This document shows, piece after piece, positions 56,852-64,000 of a stretch of 64,000 nt of DNA. The notes under the pieces were generated by a model, which was given only the letters and a program-made list of their open reading frames with translations, was not told the DNA's origin and did no database searches. Both the position numbers and the translations under genes were made by a program. This DNA is from a bacterium. GTDB taxonomy: Bacteria; Babelota; Babeliae; Babelales; UASB340. Positions within the stretch are counted from its first letter, which is position 1, and each line of letters starts with the position of its first letter. Where the stretch lies: contig DAOVPV010000005.1 in NCBI GenBank assembly GCA_030629005.1, forward strand, positions 462 to 64,461, written 5' to 3'.

Positions 56852-57022
56852 GAAAAAGGCCCTTTTTTACCTAAAACATCCCCGGTTTTTTGACTTCCAA
56901 TTTATATTTTACAGGGATGTCTAAATAAAAACAAGGATTTTTATTCCTCTAACAAAACCTCAACCGAGTTAAGTTGTAATGCTTTGACAGAATATGGAAA
57001 ATAAAAACTAGTGTTTTATAAA

Positions 57023-57934
57023 TTATTTGACACTCTTAAAAAACCGACTCCATCTAATTCTACTCCAAAAATCGATTGGATGTTTTATTAGTTCAAAAAA
57101 CCAAATCGGTTCTTGGCTATCTATAGAAAAAATTATAAATTTAACTTTTCCCATAATTTCACTTCCATCACAAAAACCCCAAAACCGACTATCCAGACTG
57201 CCTTTTCTGTTATCACCCATGAGCCAATACTTATTTTCTGGAATTGTCATTGGACCAAATTCATCAATACAGTTACTACCATCATATGTTGGGGTATATG
57301 GATAATCCAAAATAACACCTCCATATTCATCTCGTACAACTTCGTTATATCTTAATTTATAAAAATCTTGTAAACCAAAACTCTTATCTGGTTGATAGGT
57401 GTATTTGTAATACTGTTTAGTTTTGTGTAAAAAATCAGGGATTCTTATTGGCCCAATATTATTTAAATCTATAATACCAGAAGTTTTACGTACAAGAATT
57501 AATGGATATGGATTTATATATTTTCTTTCACTTAACTTTTCACCATTAACATAAACTTGTGGAACATCATCTTCGATTTTACCTTCTATAACATCACCAG
57601 GAATTCCAATTACTCTTTTTGTCCAGTTACTTGGTCCTTCTGGTAATAAAAAAGGTATACTAATTCCTATATATTTTTGATACAAACGAATTAAGGAATT
57701 TTTGTCATAAACAAAAGTGGGATCATTTACAACAATACAATCACCATGCTTTATATCATCAAAAAAATATGTAAATTTATTGCCATAAAGTCTTTCTCCA
57801 ACTAAAATATTAGGCTCTGCAGAACCAGTTGGAACATGATACAAACCAAAAACAAAAGTCCTAATTACAAAAACAACAATTCCTGCAAAAATAATGGCCT
57901 CTACCCATTCTCTTAATAGCGACTTTTTTTTCAT
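57023..57934 (-). CDS. lepB: Signal peptidase I
   Basis: 303 aa; 'PTGSAEPNILVGERL' (Ser box), 'KRVIGIPGDVIE', 'GDNRKGSLDSRFWG'. Confidence 0.85.
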   Translation of the reverse strand: MKKKSLLREWVEAIIFAGIVVFVIRTFVFGLYHVPTGSAEPNILVGERLYGNKFTYFFDDIKHGDCIVVNDPTFVYDKNSLIRLYQKYIGISIPFLLPEGPSNWTKRVIGIPGDVIEGKIEDDVPQVYVNGEKLSERKYINPYPLILVRKTSGIIDLNNIGPIRIPDFLHKTKQYYKYTYQPDKSFGLQDFYKLRYNEVVRDEYGGVILDYPYTPTYDGSNCIDEFGPMTIPENKYWLMGDNRKGSLDSRFWGFCDGSEIMGKVKFIIFSIDSQEPIWFFELIKHPIDFWSRIRWSRFFKSVK

Positions 57935-57965
57935 AATTTTACCCTAGTGTTAGAAATTACTATAT

Positions 57966-57998
57966 GAAGAGATCCTGAAATAAATTCAAGATCTCTTC
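57966..57998. repeat. Solo AT-shifted hairpin element (GAAGAGATCCTGAAATAAATTCAAGATCTCTTC)
   Basis: 9-bp stem; the core AGATCCTGAAATAAATTCAAGAT resembles the arm at 41550-41580. Confidence 0.5.
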
Positions 57999-58044
57999 TT
58001 TCTTTTTTTAAATATATTTTATAAAAGCAAAATATCAAATAAAA

Positions 58045-59403
58045 CTATTCGATAATCTTATTCTCTTTTTGTAACATATTAAACTTGTTACCAACAAATA
58101 CAGCAACAACAAGCCAGAAGCCAACAATTCCTAAAGATATAAAAGATCCAAAGAAAATTAAATTAGAAAGATTCCCACCTAAAGAACCTGTAACAGTAGC
58201 ACCAAGACCTTTGAAAGTTCTGCCGCCAAATCCATCTATCCAACTCTTTGCTTTAAATTTTACATCCTTACTTGTTGGAATATATATAACCTCTTTTGAT
58301 GGATTATTAAGGGTGTAACTTAGACCTTTAAATAAAACAACTGCTACAAAAAATGCCCACATTAAAACATTCAAGCTTGCACCAAAACTATACAATCCAA
58401 ATAACACAGAAATAATTACACCAATTATTGTAGGGAACATGATTAAACAAAATTTCAAACCAAATTTACGCATAAAAAAACTAGTTCCAAGTAATGCAAA
58501 TGCTAAAGACATCGCTCCAACTGACATTCCATTTAACGCCTTAAACCAAGCAAATCCTGCACCGCTATCTAAAGCAACAGGATAAATTTGTGTAGCACAT
58601 AAACCCATCTGAAATTCTACAATTGTTCCTATAACTTCATAAAGGACCGTAACAAATAAAATTCCAGTAATATATGGATGAGTAAAAATTAATTTTAAAC
58701 CTTCAAATATTCCCGTTTTGGATTTTTGTGCCCTGCCGGATTTATCATCCAAAAACACCGCTGTTTTCATATATTTTTTAATAAAAAACGGTAACAACCC
58801 AATTAAAATTCCACCAATAGCAAAAATAACCCCAAAGCCTAAATGTCTTACATATCTAGCAACAAAAGACGTTCCAACCAAAGCACCCAATTGTGCAAAG
58901 CAAAACATCATACCATAGCCCTTTTTTGCAGATTCTGTGGTTGTAGAACTTGCAACTATTGCTAAAAATAATGCCGGCACTAATGAACCAAAACTTTCTA
59001 TAAAACAATATGTAAACCATCCCAAAACTTTACCTGGAACAAAAGACAAAAAGTCTGGACTAGAAGATAAAGAAACTAATTCAGGATGAGATATAAAATA
59101 ACCAAGCAAAATAAATCCGAAACTAAAAAATCCAGAAATAACGTAAAAAAGTATATTGCGTTTTAGTAAATTAAGTAACTTGTTATAAAAAAGCACTACA
59201 CCAATAACAACAACAAGAGAGACCATCTTTGCAAAAGGTTGATATCTGTAATCAACAAGAACAGAAAAAACAGAGTCTTTCATAACTCGTAAAAGCCAGT
59301 AAGAACCTATCAATAAAAAAAATATCGTAGATAACAAACCAAATTTTTTAAATTCTTGTTCTGTAAAATCACCCCACAAAAATCGAACAACTTTAGTTAG
59401 CAT
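58045..59403 (-). CDS. TLC-family nucleotide (ATP/ADP) translocase
   Basis: 452 aa, about 12 TM segments; 'GLKLIFTHPYITGILF' and 'SYTLNNPSKEVIYIPTSKDVKFKAKSWIDGFGGRTFKGLGA' parallel conserved Rickettsia/Chlamydia Tlc segments recalled from memory. Confidence 0.75.
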   Translation of the reverse strand: MLTKVVRFLWGDFTEQEFKKFGLLSTIFFLLIGSYWLLRVMKDSVFSVLVDYRYQPFAKMVSLVVVIGVVLFYNKLLNLLKRNILFYVISGFFSFGFILLGYFISHPELVSLSSSPDFLSFVPGKVLGWFTYCFIESFGSLVPALFLAIVASSTTTESAKKGYGMMFCFAQLGALVGTSFVARYVRHLGFGVIFAIGGILIGLLPFFIKKYMKTAVFLDDKSGRAQKSKTGIFEGLKLIFTHPYITGILFVTVLYEVIGTIVEFQMGLCATQIYPVALDSGAGFAWFKALNGMSVGAMSLAFALLGTSFFMRKFGLKFCLIMFPTIIGVIISVLFGLYSFGASLNVLMWAFFVAVVLFKGLSYTLNNPSKEVIYIPTSKDVKFKAKSWIDGFGGRTFKGLGATVTGSLGGNLSNLIFFGSFISLGIVGFWLVVAVFVGNKFNMLQKENKIIE

Positions 59404-59581
59404 TAGCTCGCCCCACTAGATAAAAATAAAAAGATAAATTTATATAACAAACGAATTTTAACTCTACTCCTGAGAAGCTTAAAATTCAAGCTTATAAAAA
59501 TAATTAACAATAAAGCTTAAGTTAAAAAAATATATATAATATTTTTATCATTATTTCCCCCAAAATTTTAGTCTAAAAAAC

Positions 59582-60925
59582 TTATTTTATTTTTTTATCC
59601 TGAACTTCATAGCCTTTTTTTAAAAGTTGATCTCTTATGCTATCAGCTAATTCCCATTTTTTTTCTTTACGAGCAACTTCACGTTTTCTTAAAAGATCTT
59701 CTATCTCAGGAGTTAATACAGTTTTTTCTTCTAAAGCATCCAATTTTAAGCCTAACAACTTATTCATAAAACACTTGACTAAAGTTGCCAAACTCTCTGT
59801 TTTTTTAATTTCAAATAAATTTTCAAACAATATACCTAATAATTTGGGTGTATTTAAATCATCACACAATGCAACAAGCATAGAGGAAAGCAAAGAATTT
59901 GACTGCGCAACTTCAAGATCTATTTTTTCATTACCAACATCAATATTTTCAAAAACAGAAACAAGTTTTTCGTAAGCCGTTTTTGAAGCACTTAAGCTTT
60001 GCAATGTAAACTCAATTGGAGTTCTATAACCATGTTGTAAAAAATAAAAACGTAAAACCATAGGGTCAATTTTTTCAAATATCGCTCTTAATGTAAAAAA
60101 GTTTCCCAAAGACTTGGACATTTTTTCTTTATTTATATTTATAAAAGCATTATGAACCCAATATCTGGCAAACTCTTTTGAACCATGGCACTCAGATTGA
60201 GCAATTTCATTTTCATGATGAGGAAAAATTAAATCCATACCACCACCATGAATATCTATTGTTTCTCCCAAAAATTTTTGAGCAATAACAGAACATTCTA
60301 TGTGCCAACCAGGTCTACCATATCCCCACGGAGTCTCCCAAAACAAATCTTCTTTATTGCCTTTCCATAATACAAAATCTGTAGGATGCTTTTTACGCTC
60401 ATCAATATCTACACGCGCACCTAATTTTAAATCATCAATGTTTTTACCAGAAAGTTTGCCATATTCAGAAAAAGATTTTACATCAAAATAAACATCTCCA
60501 TCCAAAACATATGCATGTTTTTTTGTTATTAATTTTTCAATAAACTTTATTATTTCTGAAATGTTTTCTGTTACTTTAGGCTCATAATCTGGCTTTAAAT
60601 TATTAAGAGTCTGCATGTCTTGCCAAAAGTTTTTAGTATATTTTTGAGCTATCGTTAAATAATCAGAAACACTGCCCGTTTCAGCTAAAGCTTTATTTAT
60701 AAGTTTATCATCAATGTCTGTAATATTACGAACATAAGTAACATCATATTCTAAAAATTTTAAAAGTCTGTATAAAATATCAAAGTTTGTATAACACCTA
60801 CCATGACCTATATGAGAATCGGCATATGGTGTAACACCACAAACATACATTCCAACTTTATTTTTATTTAAAGGTACAAAATTTTCTTTTTTTCTCTTTA
60901 ATGTATTTGTAATAATTAAATTCAT
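59582..60925 (-). CDS. cysS: Cysteine--tRNA ligase
   Basis: 447 aa; 'HIGHGR' and 'KMSKSLGN' class I signatures. Confidence 0.95.
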   Translation of the reverse strand: MNLIITNTLKRKKENFVPLNKNKVGMYVCGVTPYADSHIGHGRCYTNFDILYRLLKFLEYDVTYVRNITDIDDKLINKALAETGSVSDYLTIAQKYTKNFWQDMQTLNNLKPDYEPKVTENISEIIKFIEKLITKKHAYVLDGDVYFDVKSFSEYGKLSGKNIDDLKLGARVDIDERKKHPTDFVLWKGNKEDLFWETPWGYGRPGWHIECSVIAQKFLGETIDIHGGGMDLIFPHHENEIAQSECHGSKEFARYWVHNAFININKEKMSKSLGNFFTLRAIFEKIDPMVLRFYFLQHGYRTPIEFTLQSLSASKTAYEKLVSVFENIDVGNEKIDLEVAQSNSLLSSMLVALCDDLNTPKLLGILFENLFEIKKTESLATLVKCFMNKLLGLKLDALEEKTVLTPEIEDLLRKREVARKEKKWELADSIRDQLLKKGYEVQDKKIK

Positions 60926-60946
60926 ATTCTCACAACCTAAAGCTTA

Positions 60947-62266
60947 TTAAATACTCAACTCTTTAGCTTCACCGGTTTTAAACAAAATCTGTTTTTCATC
61001 AGAGCTCAAATTATCATCTTGTTCTAACGCAAGCTCATTATAAAGTTCACCCGCTTTTTTTATTAAACTATCTTTCTGTTTTTTTTCAATATCTTTTGTT
61101 TCTATATATTTTTCTAAAAGAGTATTTAAATCCATATCAACACTTAAAACCGCTCTAAGTTCTCTAGTAATATTGGGTCTAACAGGAATAATAGACGCGA
61201 TGCTAATAGCACCATCACAAGCTTGCTGAACCTCTTGCAAATCAACATGATCTTTTTTCCCATCAGGTACATGATAAATTATTTTTACTATCGCATCTTT
61301 AATATCATATTTTTTTATTTCATCCAAAATTTGTTCTGTCTGATCACAACCATCTTTTAAATACACCTCTATCTGAATCATAGGGCGTGTTTTTGTTTTT
61401 ATAAATTCAAATGAACAGCGTTTTTTATCACCAGAATTATCAATTTGATTATCCACACTAACGGAACAAAATCCTTTTTCTTCTTTTCGTTCCCCAAAAT
61501 CTACACGCTCTATAGAACCAGAATATACAACAGCAGGATAACCTTTAGGATTTAAATTCTGAAATCTATGCAAATGCCCCAATGCCACATAATCAAAACA
61601 ATTTAAAGCTAACTGTGATGGCAAAAATACCGGATCATTTCCAAAAACAGCACATTTTTCTGAACCAGAAAAAATTCCTGTAGAAACGGTCAAATGTCCT
61701 GCCAATATCGCCGGTATGTTTTTATCTAACTTTTCGGATAAATTTAAAATAATTTCATACACCGCTTTAGACAAATATTCAGTTATTTCCTTAGAACTTT
61801 TTAAATGGAACTTTTTCTGAGTAATAAGATTATTACGAGTTGGCCATGGAATACCAACAACTTGTATCGGGCCATTTTTTGTTTCTAATTTTATAATCTC
61901 GGGCTTAGAAACAACATGCAATCCAGGAAGAGGCAAATAATCTAAAACTTCTAATGAATTACTTTTTCCAAAACTTAACGGATTATCATGATTGCCAACA
62001 ATAGAAATAATAGGAATATTAACCTTCTGTAATCTTAAAAGCTCTGTCATAAAAATTTTTTGTTGAGTCGGAGTCGGAAATGCAGTTTTATAAGCATCAC
62101 CACAAAAAAGAAAAAAATCTATTTTATCAGCTATGGCCTTGTCTACAATATCAGCCAGACTATCCTTAAAATCTAAAAGACGGGAATGAATTCCCGTCTT
62201 ACTATCAACTTTTCCGTAATTTTCCATCCCTAAATGAATATCTGCTGTATGAAAAAATTTAATCAT
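60947..62266 (-). CDS. sbcD: SbcD/Mre11-type metallophosphoesterase nuclease
   Basis: 439 aa; 'FFHTADIHLG', 'CGDAYK', 'VGNHDN', 'LGHLH'. Confidence 0.8.
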   Translation of the reverse strand: MIKFFHTADIHLGMENYGKVDSKTGIHSRLLDFKDSLADIVDKAIADKIDFFLFCGDAYKTAFPTPTQQKIFMTELLRLQKVNIPIISIVGNHDNPLSFGKSNSLEVLDYLPLPGLHVVSKPEIIKLETKNGPIQVVGIPWPTRNNLITQKKFHLKSSKEITEYLSKAVYEIILNLSEKLDKNIPAILAGHLTVSTGIFSGSEKCAVFGNDPVFLPSQLALNCFDYVALGHLHRFQNLNPKGYPAVVYSGSIERVDFGERKEEKGFCSVSVDNQIDNSGDKKRCSFEFIKTKTRPMIQIEVYLKDGCDQTEQILDEIKKYDIKDAIVKIIYHVPDGKKDHVDLQEVQQACDGAISIASIIPVRPNITRELRAVLSVDMDLNTLLEKYIETKDIEKKQKDSLIKKAGELYNELALEQDDNLSSDEKQILFKTGEAKELSI

Positions 62267-63738
62267 AAATTCTGCATATTTTTCGTTTTTACAGCTCCAA
62301 CAAAATTCAATTTAGAACTTTTATCTTTGTTTTTATCACTAGACAAGTCTTTCTTTTTCGCTTCTTTCTTTTTTTTTAACTTTGCAGCATAATCAATTTT
62401 ATTTTCTTGCTTACTTCTAGCTATTGCCAAACTATCTTTTGGAACCTCTTTGGTTATAGTAGAACCTGCAGCAGTATATGCTCCTTGGTTTATTGTAATA
62501 GGCGCAACTAAAGTATTATTACTTCCAATAAAAACATTATCTTTTATTTCTGTTCTATGCTTATTAATGCCGTCATAATTACATGTTATGGTTCCAGCTC
62601 CAATATTAACATTATTTCCAATTGTAGAATCTCCTAAATATGTAAGATGCTTAGCCGAAGAATTATTTCCAACTTCGCTATTTTTTATTTCTACAAAATT
62701 TCCGATATTAACATTATTTTTAAGAATTACACCTTTTCTTAATCTGGCAAAAGGGCCTACATGTGTATTATCACCAATCTTACTCGACTGTACAATAGAG
62801 TGTGAATGAATATAAGAACCGTCACCTATTCTAGAGTTTTCTACAATACAAAAAGCATTTACAGTGCAATCTTTACCGATCTTGGTCCCTTTTATAATAT
62901 GAGCGCCTGTACCAATATAAGAACCAACTCCTATTTTTACGTCCCAATCTAAATGTATGTTTTGTGCAAGTTCAAATTGAACCCCATGAGTCATCCAATA
63001 TTTGATAAACTGAGAACGTTTTATTTGCTCTACAGCCCAAAGCTCTTCTAAGGTATTTACACCACGAATGTTATCATAGGGAACAGGGATTGTTTTTACA
63101 TTCAATCCCTGATCACTTGCCATTTTTACTAAATCAGTTAAATAATATTCGCCTTTAACAGGATCTATTTTTATTTTATCTATATTTTGTTCTAAAAAAT
63201 CTTTTTTAAATAAATATATACCACTATTTATTAGCGTTACAAAACGTTGTTCTTCTGTAAGATTTCTGTCCTCAATAACAGATATTTTTTTACCATCACG
63301 CATAACCCTTCCATAACCATCTGGATTTAAGGAATGTGAAGATAAAAATGTAACAACAGAATCACTATTAATATGAGAATCAACAAGCTTATTTACAATC
63401 TCTTCCGTTAATAATGGACAATCCCCATTCATAACCAATATATTATCTTTATTCCAAGATTTACGAGTAGAAGCAATAGCATGTCCTGTTCCAAGTTGTA
63501 CTCCCTGATGTACATAGTCAACATTATTTATTCCAGCCTTTTTTATGGCTATTTTAATCTCTTCAGCTTGATAACCTACAACAAACGTTGTTGATATTCT
63601 CAAATTTTTAAGAAGCTTCGCTGAATATATAATCATAGATTGACCGCAAATTGAATATAATAATTTGCTCTTATTTGTTTTAAACCTTGAAGACTTGCCT
63701 GCGGCAAGAACCAAAGCCTTTACATTAACATTGTCCAT
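62263..63738 (-). CDS. glmU: Bifunctional GlcNAc-1-P uridyltransferase / GlcN-1-P acetyltransferase with a Lys-rich C-terminal extension
   Basis: 491 aa; 'VLAAGKSSRFK'; left-handed beta-helix hexapeptide repeats; about 35 extra residues 'KLKKKKEAKKKDLSSDKNKDK...'. Confidence 0.92.
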   Translation of the reverse strand: MDNVNVKALVLAAGKSSRFKTNKSKLLYSICGQSMIIYSAKLLKNLRISTTFVVGYQAEEIKIAIKKAGINNVDYVHQGVQLGTGHAIASTRKSWNKDNILVMNGDCPLLTEEIVNKLVDSHINSDSVVTFLSSHSLNPDGYGRVMRDGKKISVIEDRNLTEEQRFVTLINSGIYLFKKDFLEQNIDKIKIDPVKGEYYLTDLVKMASDQGLNVKTIPVPYDNIRGVNTLEELWAVEQIKRSQFIKYWMTHGVQFELAQNIHLDWDVKIGVGSYIGTGAHIIKGTKIGKDCTVNAFCIVENSRIGDGSYIHSHSIVQSSKIGDNTHVGPFARLRKGVILKNNVNIGNFVEIKNSEVGNNSSAKHLTYLGDSTIGNNVNIGAGTITCNYDGINKHRTEIKDNVFIGSNNTLVAPITINQGAYTAAGSTITKEVPKDSLAIARSKQENKIDYAAKLKKKKEAKKKDLSSDKNKDKSSKLNFVGAVKTKNMQNL

Positions 63739-63965
63739 ATTTTTACCTCACTAAAATTTTAATTCTCCATTTTAAATATTAAATAAATTTAATCAACAAA
63801 ACCTAAAATTAAGGTCATTTACTTAAACGTTGATAAGATTATGCATTATTAAAAGATAAATCAATTATTTATAAATAAAATAATAATTAACACCAATTTA
63901 CAATACGTTTGCTTTATAACCCTTTGTTTTTTTATAAAAAAAAATATAAAGTAATTGTACTTAGC

Positions 63966-64000
63966 GGAGAGATGGCTGAGTGGTCGAAAGCGGCCGCCTC
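63966..64000 (+). tRNA. 5' part of a class II tRNA, most likely tRNA-Ser, truncated by the window edge
   Basis: GGAGAGA-TG-GCT-GAGTGGTCGAA-AGC-G-GCCGC-CT-C fits acceptor, 3-bp D stem, long D loop and anticodon stem of tRNA-Ser; the first anticodon base would be C. Confidence 0.7.

Overview
Strongly AT-rich, gene-dense bacterial chromosome segment, coded mostly on the minus strand. The content points to a host-dependent (amoeba- or protist-associated) intracellular bacterium, possibly Dependentiae/TM6-like; that placement is inference only. Housekeeping genes include alaS, cysS, glmU, lepB, acs, an archease-rtcB pair and a partial tRNA-Ser at the right edge. They sit beside: (1) a large envelope glycoconjugate locus in two parts (12-5524 and 17974-32870), with three or four GT-C membrane glycosyltransferases, manC, a frameshifted gmd, wecB/wecC and tandem sulfatase-like paralogues; (2) an accessory block (5650-17768) of Sec-leader proteins that separates those two parts. 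It contains two tandem Hint-domain polymorphic-toxin-like cassettes with a candidate immunity gene, which I consider the best candidate for an undescribed system; (3) leader-bearing eukaryote-like proteins: a USP-type ubiquitin hydrolase embedded in the glycan operon, a cPLA2-type phospholipase, a Ser/Thr kinase lacking the canonical beta3 lysine, an ankyrin protein and a TLC ATP/ADP translocase; (4) three repeat families that stand out against the AT-rich background. These are a decayed REPtron (inverted ~50-nt GC-rich arms around a Y1-transposase remnant) plus a second arm pair without transposase sequence, hairpin elements inserted in frame in a glycosyltransferase paralogue (reminiscent of Rickettsia palindromic elements), and a ~20-nt motif that recurs in one orientation and one reading frame inside unrelated genes. 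No rRNA and no CRISPR array were seen.
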